A stretch of 64,000 bases of DNA from Candidatus Omnitrophota bacterium (GTDB taxonomy: Bacteria > Omnitrophota > Gorgyraeia > B26-G9). The notes under the pieces are model-generated. The model saw nothing but the letters and a program-made list of their open reading frames with translations. It had not been told where the DNA came from and ran no database searches. Positions 30,642 through 40,588 of the stretch are shown here, in pieces. The position numbers were made by a program, and so were the translations under genes. The stretch spans positions 16,218 to 80,217 of the forward strand of contig JBDRJV010000016.1 in the NCBI GenBank assembly GCA_043814605.1, in the 5' to 3' direction. The first letter of the stretch is position 1; each line of letters begins with the position of its first letter.

Positions 30642-33086
30642 ATGTTTGACCGTTTTACGGAGCGAGCTAGAAAAGTGATTTTGCTGGCCAAAGAGGAGGC
30701 AAAAAGATTTAATCACGATTATATCGGAACCGAACATGTTTTGTTAGGTTTGATAAAAGAAGGAGAAGGAGTGGCGGCAGCTGTTTTGCAAAACTTGGGG
30801 CTTAACTTGGATATGATTCGTTTAGAGGTTGAAAAACTTGTTCAACCCGGGCCCAGCACTGTTACCTCCGGAGATATCCCATTTACACCAAAAGCAAAGA
30901 AAGTTATTGAATTAGCTATGGATGAAGCCAGAAGTTTAGGCCATAACTATATTGGTACAGAACATCTTTTACTCGGTCTAATCCGGGAAAATGAAGGAGT
31001 TGCTTCTCAAGTATTATTAAATCTGGGGCTTGATTTGAATAAAGTGCGTAAAGAAATAATGGATCTGCTCGGGACAACTGCGGCTAATTATGACGGCACT
31101 CAAACTCAGTCTCAAGCAGCACATGCAAAGGCTAAAACCCCGGCGCTGGATGCTTTTGGCCGGGATTTAAATAAGTTAGCCCATGATGAGAAATTAGACC
31201 CGGTAATCGGCCGGGCTAAAGAAATTGACCGCCTAATTCGTATTTTGAGCCGCAGGACAAAAAACAATCCGGTTTTATTAGGAGAAGCCGGAGTAGGAAA
31301 AACAGCGATTGTAGAAGGATTAGCACAGCAAATTGTTTTGGGTAATGTTCCGGAAGTTCTAAGAGATAAACGTGTGGTTGTTTTGGATTTGGCCCTGATG
31401 GTTGCGGGAACCAAATACCGCGGGCAGTTTGAGGAAAGAATTAAGGCAGTAATGGATGAAATTAAACGTTCAGAAAATGTTATAATTTTTGTTGATGAGC
31501 TGCACACAATTGTCGGAGCCGGCGGCGCCGAAGGAGCAATTGATGCCTCTAATATTTTAAAGCCGGCATTAGCGCGCGGAGAAATTCAGTGTATTGGAGC
31601 TACGACAATGGATGAGTACAGAAAATATATTGAAAAAGATGCCGCGCTAGAAAGACGTTTTCAAACAGTATTGGTTGAACCGCCTTCAATATTAGAAACA
31701 ATTGAGATTTTAAAGGGATTAAGAGAAAGATATGAAGCGCATCATCGGGTTAAATACTCTGATATTGCTCTGGAAGCCGCAGCAAAATTATCCGAAAGAT
31801 ATATCAGCGGAAGGTTTTTACCGGATAAAGCTGTAGATATAATTGATGAAGCTGGTTCCCGGGCCCGGTTATTAGTAATGACCGCGCCGCCGGATTTAAA
31901 AGATATGGAGAAAGAAATTGAAAACTTACGTAAGAAAAAAGAAGCAGCCGTAAAAGCTCAGGATTTTGAAAAAGCCGCTTCTTATCGGGATAAAGAAAGA
32001 GAGTCTCGTACTCAATTAGATAAGATTAGAAGTAATTGGAACGAAAGCCGGATGGAAATGAACGTTGAAGTAAAAGAAGAGGATATTGCTGAAATTATTT
32101 CTCAATGGACCGGAGTTCCGATTTCACGTTTGGAAGAAAAAGAAAGTGAAAGACTTATTAAAATGGAAGAGGAATTGCATAAACGTGTAGTGGGACAGGA
32201 TGAAGCCCTTAAGGCAATTACCCATGCTGTGCGCCGTTCGCGTGCAGGATTGAAAGATCCCAAACGCCCGATTGGCTCTTTTGTTTTTCTGGGTCCGACC
32301 GGGGTGGGGAAAACACTATTAGGTAAAGCCCTGGCAGAATTTTTGTTTGGAGATGCGGATTCGATTATTCAAATTGATATGTCTGAATATATGGAAAAAT
32401 TTAATGTTTCTCGTTTAGTGGGAGCGCCTCCCGGTTATGTGGGGTATGAGGAGGGCGGACAATTAACAGAAAGAGTCAGGAGAAAACCTTATTCAGTTAT
32501 TCTTTTAGATGAAATTGAAAAGGCACATCCGGATGTATTTAATTTGTTACTTCAGGTGTTAGAAGAGGGAAGACTTACCGATAGCTTCGGCCGCAAAGTT
32601 GATTTTAGAAATACTGTTCTGATCATGACCAGCAATATTGGAGCAAGTTTACTGCGTAAACAGGGATCAATCGGGTTTAGTTCTAATGACGAGGATGAAA
32701 TGAATTATAAATCAATGAAAGCTAAACTTCTGGATGAGGTTAAAAAGTCTTTTAAACCTGAATTTTTAAATCGTATTGATGATTTAATTGTTTTTCGGCC
32801 GCTGACGAAAAAAGATCTTTATAATATTATTGAAATTGAAATTAAAGATGTTATCGGACGTTTAAACGAACAGGAAATAAACATTGAACTTAACCAAGAA
32901 GCTAAAGATGTTTTAATCACCAAGGGATTTGACCAGGTGTTTGGAGCCCGGCCTTTAAAAAGAACAATCCAGAGATACTTGGAAAATCCTTTAGCGGAAG
33001 AAATTTTAGCCAAGAAGGTTGATAAGTCCAAGACAATTAAAATTTCTGCGGATAAAACAAAAGAAGCTTTAGTTTTTTCAACTTAA
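30642..33086 (+). CDS. clpC: ATP-dependent Clp protease ATP-binding subunit ClpC
   Basis: Two Clp-N repeats, two AAA modules ([10 protein letters not shown] and GPTGVGKT), and a UVR motif between them; 814 aa. Confidence 0.9.
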   Translation: MFDRFTERARKVILLAKEEAKRFNHDYIGTEHVLLGLIKEGEGVAAAVLQNLGLNLDMIRLEVEKLVQPGPSTVTSGDIPFTPKAKKVIELAMDEARSLGHNYIGTEHLLLGLIRENEGVASQVLLNLGLDLNKVRKEIMDLLGTTAANYDGTQTQSQAAHAKAKTPALDAFGRDLNKLAHDEKLDPVIGRAKEIDRLIRILSRRTKNNPVLLGEAGVGKTAIVEGLAQQIVLGNVPEVLRDKRVVVLDLALMVAGTKYRGQFEERIKAVMDEIKRSENVIIFVDELHTIVGAGGAEGAIDASNILKPALARGEIQCIGATTMDEYRKYIEKDAALERRFQTVLVEPPSILETIEILKGLRERYEAHHRVKYSDIALEAAAKLSERYISGRFLPDKAVDIIDEAGSRARLLVMTAPPDLKDMEKEIENLRKKKEAAVKAQDFEKAASYRDKERESRTQLDKIRSNWNESRMEMNVEVKEEDIAEIISQWTGVPISRLEEKESERLIKMEEELHKRVVGQDEALKAITHAVRRSRAGLKDPKRPIGSFVFLGPTGVGKTLLGKALAEFLFGDADSIIQIDMSEYMEKFNVSRLVGAPPGYVGYEEGGQLTERVRRKPYSVILLDEIEKAHPDVFNLLLQVLEEGRLTDSFGRKVDFRNTVLIMTSNIGASLLRKQGSIGFSSNDEDEMNYKSMKAKLLDEVKKSFKPEFLNRIDDLIVFRPLTKKDLYNIIEIEIKDVIGRLNEQEINIELNQEAKDVLITKGFDQVFGARPLKRTIQRYLENPLAEEILAKKVDKSKTIKISADKTKEALVFST

Positions 33087-33120
33087 TTTTTAAAAATTAA
33101 AATTTAAAAGAGGTCTTTGC

Positions 33121-33906
33121 GTGTTTAATTCAAATAATTCTTTATTGCTTAAGCAGAAACTAACCGTATTGATTGAGTATGTTGGCGGGCTTGCACTTTT
33201 ATTTTTTCAAACAATATTTTGGGCTTTTTCCCGCCCCTTTAAGCGTAAGCCGGTAATTGAGCAAATGAGCAAGACAGGAGTAGACAGTTTTTTGATTGTT
33301 TTTCTTACGGCATTTTTTACCGGGATTGTATTGGCTTTTCAAACTGCTTATACCATGAAGCAGATGTCTGCCGAAATCTATATTGCCAGCTTGGTAAGTT
33401 TATCTATGACCCGGGAATTAGGTCCTGTCCTTACCGCTTTAGTTGTGGCGGCTCGGGTAGGAGCTTCAATTACTGCGGAAGTGGGAACAATGAAAGTTAC
33501 GGAGCAGATAGATGCATTAGAAACACTGGCAACGAATCCGATAAAATATCTGGTTGTACCGCGTTATTTAGCATTATCGATTATGCTGCCGATTTTAACA
33601 ATCTATGCTGATTTTGTAGGAATTTTAGGCGGTTTTATTGTCGGCGTATCCAAACTGCATATTTCTCCGTATCTTTACATGAAAAAAACATTTGATTCTT
33701 TGGTGTTTAAAGATGTTTTTACCGGGCTGCTAAAATCGCTTATATTTGCTGCAGTAATTTCATTAGTTGCTTGTTATGAAGGTATGCGTACACGCGGGGG
33801 AGCAGAGGGAGTAGGAAAATCAACAACTTTATCTGTGGTTACCTCCTGTGTTTTAGTAATTGCTTTAGATTGTTTTTTTACAGCAGTGTTTTATTTTATT
33901 TGGTAA
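33121..33906 (+). CDS. mlaE: Mla pathway ABC transporter permease
   Basis: GTG start. MlaE/YrbE-family TM topology and conserved EQIDALE block. Confidence 0.75.
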   Translation: MFNSNNSLLLKQKLTVLIEYVGGLALLFFQTIFWAFSRPFKRKPVIEQMSKTGVDSFLIVFLTAFFTGIVLAFQTAYTMKQMSAEIYIASLVSLSMTRELGPVLTALVVAARVGASITAEVGTMKVTEQIDALETLATNPIKYLVVPRYLALSIMLPILTIYADFVGILGGFIVGVSKLHISPYLYMKKTFDSLVFKDVFTGLLKSLIFAAVISLVACYEGMRTRGGAEGVGKSTTLSVVTSCVLVIALDCFFTAVFYFIW

Positions 33907-34090
33907 CTTATTTTGATAGAGCAAGATAATTTACTTCGAGAAAAGGCAAGAAGTTTTCGAAAAAACTATTATGAATATATGTGGAAAAATTTTAATGGGT
34001 AGGATGAATATCTTTTGCCTTGTAAAAGGTTTGAGATAAATTCCGCCATTTATTTTACATCATTATATTCTGTAAAATAAGGTGTCATTT

Positions 34091-34849
34091 ATGATCGATG
34101 TAAAAAATTTGTATAAAACATTTGAAGAACAAAAAGTTCTTGAGGGTTTGGATTTGCATATTGATAAGGGAGAAACGCTGGTTATTATCGGCAGATCTGG
34201 CTGCGGGAAGAGTGTATTACTAAAACACATTATTGGAATTATGCAGCCGGATAGTGGTGAAGTAAAGGTTGATGGGGAAAAAATTGCAAATTTAAAAGGA
34301 AAAGAGCTTATTGATTTACGGATGAAGTTTGGCATGCTTTTTCAGGGAGCGGCACTCTTTGATTCTCTAAATGTCTATGAAAATGTGGGATTTGCCCTGC
34401 GTGAGCACACAAATATTGACCCGGAAGAGATAAAGAAACGGGTAGCGAATTCTTTAAAGAGCGTTGACCTTGAGAATGTCGAAGAAAAAAAACCCGCAGA
34501 ACTGAGCGGCGGCATGAAAAAAAGAGTGGGCCTGGCGCGGGCAATTTGTAATGAGCCTCAGATAATTCTTTATGATGAACCAACTACCGGGCTTGATCCG
34601 ATTATGGCCGATATGATTAATGAGCTGATTATTCGATTAAGTGAACAATTAAAAGTCACTTCAATTGTGGTAACGCATGATATGGTTTCTGCCTATAAGG
34701 TGGGCACGCGTATTGCGATGCTTTATGAAGGTAAAATTATTGAGCAAGGGACGCCGGATGAAATTAGAAATTCTCAAAATCCGATCGTGCAGCAATTTAT
34801 TACTGGTGCGGCACATGGCCCGATAACGGACAACAGATTTAATAAATAA
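34091..34849 (+). CDS. mlaF: Mla pathway ABC transporter ATP-binding protein
   Basis: Walker A GRSGCGKS, signature LSGGMKKRVGLARA, Walker B ILYDEPTTGLD. Start trimmed to the ATG at 34091. Confidence 0.8.
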   Translation: MIDVKNLYKTFEEQKVLEGLDLHIDKGETLVIIGRSGCGKSVLLKHIIGIMQPDSGEVKVDGEKIANLKGKELIDLRMKFGMLFQGAALFDSLNVYENVGFALREHTNIDPEEIKKRVANSLKSVDLENVEEKKPAELSGGMKKRVGLARAICNEPQIILYDEPTTGLDPIMADMINELIIRLSEQLKVTSIVVTHDMVSAYKVGTRIAMLYEGKIIEQGTPDEIRNSQNPIVQQFITGAAHGPITDNRFNK

Positions 34850-34918
34850 TAAATGAAAGGATTTTTCGGATTTTAGTTTCAAAATTATTAAAACTAGATT
34901 TTAACCGGGGGAAATAAA

Positions 34919-35743
34919 ATGAAGGGAATTAGCATAGAGTTTAAAGTGGGATTTTTTATTGTAATTGCGGTGATTATTTTATCCGTGATTGTTTTTCAAA
35001 TTGGCGGCATTAATATTTTTAGCGCAAATATGTATACAGTGTTTGTTATTTTTGATTTTGTTAATGGCGTAGCTAAAGATGCACCGGTGCATGTTGCCGG
35101 AGTTGCCGTAGGTGATGTCAAGGATGTTTTAATATTCTATGATGCGGCGGAACGAAAAACACAGGTTAAATTAGTTTTGTATATTAAAAATAATGTTAAA
35201 ATTCCTAAAGATTCAGTGGCTTATATTAATACATTAGGAATTCTGGGAGAAAAATATATAGAGATTGTTCCCGGGGAAGACCGGGAAAATTTTCTGGGTA
35301 ATGAAGATTATATTATCGGGAATAATCCGGTGCAGCTGGAAAAATTAACCGAATCGCTTGTCGATGTGATCGGAGATCAGACTGTGCGGGATTCTTTACG
35401 GGAGAGTTTTTATAATCTGAGAATCACTACAGAAAATTTAAAAGAAGCAAGTGAAATATTAAATACAACGGTAGAAGAGATTAAAGGGGGTAAAGGGACA
35501 ATAGGTAAATTTCTTAACGATGATTCTATTTATTTAAAAACTGAAGCAATGGTGGTTAACCTTAATCAAAAACTGGATAAAACTGTTGTTGATCTGAATG
35601 CTTCTCTTAATGATTTAGTCGGTGATTTAAAACAGCATCCGTGGAAATTGTTCAGTAAACCGCCGAAGAAAAAAGATAAAGAAACAAAAGAAAAAGATAT
35701 TATAAAAGAAACTAACCGGGGTTTTATTTTAAATCAAAAATGA
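34919..35743 (+). CDS. mlaD: MCE-domain protein of the Mla system
   Basis: N-terminal TM anchor then MCE domain (GVAKDAPVHVAGVAVGDV...); 4-bp overlap with radA. Confidence 0.75.
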   Translation: MKGISIEFKVGFFIVIAVIILSVIVFQIGGINIFSANMYTVFVIFDFVNGVAKDAPVHVAGVAVGDVKDVLIFYDAAERKTQVKLVLYIKNNVKIPKDSVAYINTLGILGEKYIEIVPGEDRENFLGNEDYIIGNNPVQLEKLTESLVDVIGDQTVRDSLRESFYNLRITTENLKEASEILNTTVEEIKGGKGTIGKFLNDDSIYLKTEAMVVNLNQKLDKTVVDLNASLNDLVGDLKQHPWKLFSKPPKKKDKETKEKDIIKETNRGFILNQK

Positions 35744-37113
35744 AAACTAAAACTGTTTTTGTCTGTCAAGAATGTGGATATAGTTCGGTGAAATGGATCG
35801 GCCGATGCCCGGAATGCAATAACTGGAACTCTCTGGTTGAGGAAATGGGCCGGTCGAAAAAAGAAAATTTGCACGGATTTGATTTAGGCGTTTTTGCCAA
35901 GCCGGAACGTTTATCAGAGGTTCAGATTAGTTCTCAGGTAAGATTAACAACAGATATTAGGGAGCTTGACCATGTTTTAGGGGGAGGGATTGTTCAAGGC
36001 TCTGTTATCCTGATTGGCGGAGCTCCCGGGATTGGTAAATCTACATTATTATTACAGGTTTGCGCTAATTTGAGCAAAAAAAATAAAAAGATTTTGTACA
36101 TAACTGCTGAGGAATCGCCCCAACAAACAAAGTTACGGGCTGAGCGTTTAGGATCTGTAGGAAATAATCTTTTTCTAGTATGTGAAACTAATCTGGATAT
36201 AATTTTAGAACATATTAAAAATATTAAACCGGATATTATTGTTGCCGATTCTATACAGGTTTTATATTTGGAAGATGTAACCAGCGCAGCCGGCAGCGTA
36301 TCTCAGGTTAGAGAATGCGCATCAAAACTGACAATCCTGGCTAAAAATTCCGGGATTGCAGTTTTTTTGGTAGGGCATGTGACAAAAGAAGGGTCTTTAG
36401 CCGGGCCGCGGGTACTGGAGCATCTGGTAGATTGCGTTCTTTATTTTGAAGGAGAAAGCAGTACAAATTTTAGAATAATTAGAGCCGTTAAAAACAGGTT
36501 TGGTTCAACTAATGAGATTGGTATTTTTGAGATGACCTCTAGCGGGCTCAAAGAGGTTGAAAACCCTTCACAGATGTTTTTATCGCAAAGGGCTGTACAA
36601 ATTTCCGGTTCAGCGGTTGTTGCCACAATGGAGGGGTCAAGGCCGTTACTGGTGGAGATTCAAGCCTTAGTCAGTCCGACCAGTTTTGGCTTGCCCCGGC
36701 GCCGAACAACAGGTATTGATTTTAACAGAACGTCTTTATTGATTGCTGTCTTAGAGAAAAGAGCACGTTGTGCTTTACAGACACAGGATATTTTTGTTAA
36801 TGTTGCCGGCGGAGTAAAGGTTGTTGAGCCAGCAGCAGATTTAGCTTCAGTTTGTGCGATTGCTTCTAATTTTAAAGATAAGCCAATTGACAATCTAGAT
36901 GTAATTTTTGGTGAAGTCGGCTTAGGCGGTGAGGTCAGAGCTGTACCCCAGGCAGATTTGAGAATTAATGAAGCTAAAAAATTGGGTTTTAAACGGGTAA
37001 TTTTACCGACGGGGAATTTAAAAAATTTGAAAAAAAATTTTAAAGATACAGAAATTGAATTAATTGGCGTGGGAACAGTAGCCGAAGCTTTAAAAATAAT
37101 TTTTAGAAGTTGA
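35740..37113 (+). CDS. radA: DNA repair protein RadA/Sms
   Basis: CxxC-x-CxxC zinc finger, RecA-like Walker A GGAPGIGKSTLLLQ, KNRFG motif, and Lon-protease-like C-terminal domain. Confidence 0.9.
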   Translation: MKTKTVFVCQECGYSSVKWIGRCPECNNWNSLVEEMGRSKKENLHGFDLGVFAKPERLSEVQISSQVRLTTDIRELDHVLGGGIVQGSVILIGGAPGIGKSTLLLQVCANLSKKNKKILYITAEESPQQTKLRAERLGSVGNNLFLVCETNLDIILEHIKNIKPDIIVADSIQVLYLEDVTSAAGSVSQVRECASKLTILAKNSGIAVFLVGHVTKEGSLAGPRVLEHLVDCVLYFEGESSTNFRIIRAVKNRFGSTNEIGIFEMTSSGLKEVENPSQMFLSQRAVQISGSAVVATMEGSRPLLVEIQALVSPTSFGLPRRRTTGIDFNRTSLLIAVLEKRARCALQTQDIFVNVAGGVKVVEPAADLASVCAIASNFKDKPIDNLDVIFGEVGLGGEVRAVPQADLRINEAKKLGFKRVILPTGNLKNLKKNFKDTEIELIGVGTVAEALKIIFRS

Positions 37114-37167
37114 TAAAAAAAATTATACGGATTCATACATAACTTATATTAAATAGGAGAATTAAAA

Positions 37168-38175
37168 ATGACTATATTTTTTGTGCGTTCATTTTTCTGC
37201 TTGATTAGTATGTTAGTGGGGTATCAAATCGGAGCATTACTGGGTTCTCCGAGTTCAAACACCGCTTTTGCCGGCCTGGGTTTAGGTTTAGCCGTAAGTA
37301 TTGTGATTATTGTGGTGGAACGGGGTTTGCGCAGGATTTCTGTGCGCGGATTATCCAGTGCAGTATTTGGGTTGATTTTCGGATTGCTTGCCGCAAAACT
37401 TTTAACAGATGCGGTGATGTTATTACCGGTGGATGAAGTTACTGCACGCACAATGCGCGTAATTTTCACTTTAATCTTATGCTATTTAGGGATGATTGTT
37501 GCAATTCGCGGCCGGGATGAATTTAATCTGATTATTCCTTATATAAAATTTACACGTCATGATCAAGTGCAGCAAAATATACTTTTAGATACAAGCGTGA
37601 TAATTGACGGACGGATCATTGATTTGTGCCAGACTAAATTTGTGGAAGGAAGATTGGTAATTGCACGGTTTGTGCTGAAAGAATTACAGCAGATTTCAGA
37701 TTCTTCTGATGCGTTAAAAAGAAACCGGGGCCGGCGGGGGTTAGATATTTTAAATAAGATTCAAAAATTAGAAAAAGTTGCCGTAAAAATTCACGATGAA
37801 GATTTTCCGGAAATCGGTGAAGTCGATGCGAAATTAGTAAAATTAGCCCGGGTTTTAGATGCGAAGATTTTTACTAATGATTATAATCTAAATAAAGTTG
37901 CGGAGCTTGAAGGAGTCACTGTTTTAAATATTAATGATTTAGCGAATGCTTTAAAAACAGTTGTCTTACCCGGCGAATTATTAGAGGTAAAAATTGTTAA
38001 AGAAGGCAAGGAATTAAATCAAGGCGTAGCTTATTTAGATGATGGGACGATGGTTGTAGTCGAAGAAGGCCGTAGAATTATCGGCCAGACAAAACAAGTT
38101 GCGGTTACAAGTGTATTACAAACATCAGCCGGCCGGATGATTTTTGGAAAAATCAATAATGGCCATAAAAATTAA
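37168..38175 (+). CDS. PIN/TRAM domain membrane protein (YacL-like)
   Basis: Four N-terminal TM helices, a PIN domain (ILLDTSVIIDGRI...DAKLV) and a C-terminal TRAM-like OB segment. Gene order radA-yacL-ispD matches Bacillus. Confidence 0.7.
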   Translation: MTIFFVRSFFCLISMLVGYQIGALLGSPSSNTAFAGLGLGLAVSIVIIVVERGLRRISVRGLSSAVFGLIFGLLAAKLLTDAVMLLPVDEVTARTMRVIFTLILCYLGMIVAIRGRDEFNLIIPYIKFTRHDQVQQNILLDTSVIIDGRIIDLCQTKFVEGRLVIARFVLKELQQISDSSDALKRNRGRRGLDILNKIQKLEKVAVKIHDEDFPEIGEVDAKLVKLARVLDAKIFTNDYNLNKVAELEGVTVLNINDLANALKTVVLPGELLEVKIVKEGKELNQGVAYLDDGTMVVVEEGRRIIGQTKQVAVTSVLQTSAGRMIFGKINNGHKN

Positions 38176-38203
38176 AAAAAATTAACGTAAAAAAACTTAT
38201 TTG

Positions 38204-38911
38204 ATGAAAATGGTAAAAATTGTTGCGATAGTTCCGGCGGCAGGCTCAGGTATTCGTTTAGGGCATAAAATATCAAAACCTTATATTCAGATTAATAATC
38301 ATCCCCTATTATCATATTCGTTGCGTCTTTTACAGAAATCCCCTAAGATAAACGAAATAATTGTTGTTGTGGAAAAGGGAAAAACAGCTCAGGCTAAGAA
38401 GCTGATAAAACGCTATAAAATTAATAAGGTAAAAAAAATTGTCCTGGGCGGGCCAACCCGGAGTGAATCAGTTAAGAACGGGCTAAAAGTTGTTGAGCCA
38501 GGGACTGATTTTGTGTTAATTCATGATGGGGCCAGGCCTTTTTTAACAAAAAGCATTTTAGACCGCTGTCTGAAGGAAGTGATTAAACATAAAGCAGTAA
38601 TTTGTGCGGTAAAATGTTCATCAACAATAAAATCTGCGGATAGAAATTTATATGTAACTTCTACATTGGATAGAAATTCCTTATGGGAAGTGCAAACACC
38701 ACAAGTTTTTAGTTATGACTTAATTATGCGTGCTTATGAGAAAGTTCAAAACAAAAGTAAAAATTTTTTTGATGATGCTTCTTTAGTAGAAAAATTATCT
38801 GGCGGGAAAAGAGTAAAAATTGTTGAGGGGACCAGAACAAATATTAAGATTACAACGACAGATGACTTAAAGATAGCTAAAGCACTACTAAAAACAGCGT
38901 TTAGCGTTTAG
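38204..38911 (+). CDS. ispD: 2-C-methyl-D-erythritol 4-phosphate cytidylyltransferase
   Basis: AIVPAAGSGIRLG nucleotide-binding motif; IspD family. Confidence 0.85.
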   Translation: MKMVKIVAIVPAAGSGIRLGHKISKPYIQINNHPLLSYSLRLLQKSPKINEIIVVVEKGKTAQAKKLIKRYKINKVKKIVLGGPTRSESVKNGLKVVEPGTDFVLIHDGARPFLTKSILDRCLKEVIKHKAVICAVKCSSTIKSADRNLYVTSTLDRNSLWEVQTPQVFSYDLIMRAYEKVQNKSKNFFDDASLVEKLSGGKRVKIVEGTRTNIKITTTDDLKIAKALLKTAFSV

Positions 38912-39004
38912 CGATTAGCGGTTAGAAGAAAAATAAGAGATAAAAATTTTTCCCGCTACTTGCTTGTACCCGTAAGGGTGCTTGTACCCGTAAGGGCGCT
39001 ACTC
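38896..39004. repeat. cluster of short tandem repeats in the ispD-ispF intergenic region
   Basis: AGCGTTT x4 (imperfect, 38896-38925, overlapping the ispD stop). 18-bp CTTGTACCCGTAAGGG(T/C)G x2 at 38963-38998. CGCTACT x3 dispersed. Confidence 0.7.
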
Positions 39005-39040
39005 TTTACTCGCTACTAATTGAATATAGGAGCATTTATT

Positions 39041-39514
39041 ATGCGTATAGGTTATGGATATGACATTCACAGATTAGTCAAAGGGAGAAAGTTAATTCTG
39101 GGGGGAGTAGAATTGGTGTGTGACTGGGGTCTCCTGGGCTATTCTGATGCAGATGTGCTTTTGCATGCGGTTTCTGATGCTTTACTGGGAGCAGCTGGGT
39201 TAGGGGATATCGGAGAACATTTTCCGGATACAGATCCCCAGTATAAAGACAGCGATAGTAAAATTTTATTAAAGAAATGCCGGGAATTAGTAAAAGCACA
39301 AGGTTATAAAATAATAAATATAGATTGTACAATTTTTTGCGAAATTATAAAAATTTTGCCCTATAAAATTAAAATGAAAAAACAGATCAGCAGTATATTA
39401 AGCCTTAATGAAAAAAATATTAATATTAAAGCAAAGACCAAAGAAGGGCTTGATGCCGTAGGCCAGAAAAAAGCGATTGCGGCTGCTTGTGTGGTATTGC
39501 TAACAAGTACGTAA
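39041..39514 (+). CDS. ispF: 2-C-methyl-D-erythritol 2,4-cyclodiphosphate synthase
   Basis: IGYGYDIHRL, GYSDADVLLHAVSDALLGA and GDIGEHFPDTD motifs. ATG at 39041 preceded by AGGAG. Confidence 0.85.
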   Translation: MRIGYGYDIHRLVKGRKLILGGVELVCDWGLLGYSDADVLLHAVSDALLGAAGLGDIGEHFPDTDPQYKDSDSKILLKKCRELVKAQGYKIINIDCTIFCEIIKILPYKIKMKKQISSILSLNEKNINIKAKTKEGLDAVGQKKAIAAACVVLLTST

Positions 39515-39539
39515 TATATCAGTGAAAAAATAGTTATTA

Positions 39540-40229
39540 GTGAAGGGAAGGGGAATGATGTTGGAAATATTATTAATTATTGTTATTGCCTTTATCCTGG
39601 GATTAGCGATAATTTCGGTTATTTTTAAAGATGAGATAATATCGACTAAAGACCGGGATCCAGCGGCTCGGAGTACGCTAGAAATTTTATTAACATATTC
39701 TGGCATGCATGCTTTAATTTTATACAGAGTGGCAAACTTGTTATGCCGGCTAAAAATCCCTTTTTTGCCGCGCTGGCTTTCACAGGTAAACCGGTTTTTT
39801 ACCGGGATTGAAATCCATCCGGCGGCAAAAATCGGCAAGGGGCTGTTTATTGACCATGGTATGGGTGTGGTGATCGGAGAAACAACAGTTATCCTTGATA
39901 ATGTTACTTTGTACCAAGGCGTAACATTAGGCGGCACAGGAAAAGAAAAAGGTAAACGTCATCCTAATATTGGCAATAATGTTGTAATTGGAGCCGGGGC
40001 AAAAGTATTGGGTAATATTACCATCGGAGATAATTCTTATGTGGGCGCAAATGCTGTGGTAATTAAAGATGTGCCGCCAAATTCAACTGTAGTCGGTGTT
40101 CCGGGAACGATTACCAAACAAGACGGCCAAAAAATGGAAAGGATGCTTGACCATATACATGTTTTTGATCCCATAATGCAGAAGATAGAAAATCTGCAAA
40201 AGCAAATAGATGAAATCAAAAGAAAATAA
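39540..40229 (+). CDS. cysE: serine O-acetyltransferase
   Basis: Left-handed beta-helix hexapeptide repeats ([27 protein letters not shown]...) and the typical CysE N-terminal helical region. Confidence 0.8.
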   Translation: MKGRGMMLEILLIIVIAFILGLAIISVIFKDEIISTKDRDPAARSTLEILLTYSGMHALILYRVANLLCRLKIPFLPRWLSQVNRFFTGIEIHPAAKIGKGLFIDHGMGVVIGETTVILDNVTLYQGVTLGGTGKEKGKRHPNIGNNVVIGAGAKVLGNITIGDNSYVGANAVVIKDVPPNSTVVGVPGTITKQDGQKMERMLDHIHVFDPIMQKIENLQKQIDEIKRK

Positions 40230-40588
40230 TAATTAAATAACAAAATAAAATAACCAAACAATTTGTATAATTCGGAATCTGTGTTAACAGTTTTACTTGC
40301 TTTTTAAGATATCTGAGTCACTTATTTTTGCTCATTCTCATCCCGCTTCCTGCGGGACTGCGAGGCAGCCCGCGGATTTATTACATCTGTGTAAAATCAG
40401 CTAGTCTAATCCGCAAAAACAATTGCCTCATATGTCTTAATGTAAACAAATATTACGTAGATACAATAAATCCCAACATTTTATAACCAAGACAAATAAA
40501 AATCTTATTTATTAATTTTATTTAAGTCTAAATTATTAACATAATAATTGATTAGGGGAATTTATTAAATTATGTATAAGGGAAAAAA

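Noticed and set aside
40260-40588. Possible T-box leader upstream of cysS
   Set aside because: It has a long leader with a CCCGC/GCGGG hairpin, but no AGGGTGG...ACCGCG T-box sequence or specifier-loop architecture could be found. Left as an unexplained 5' UTR.
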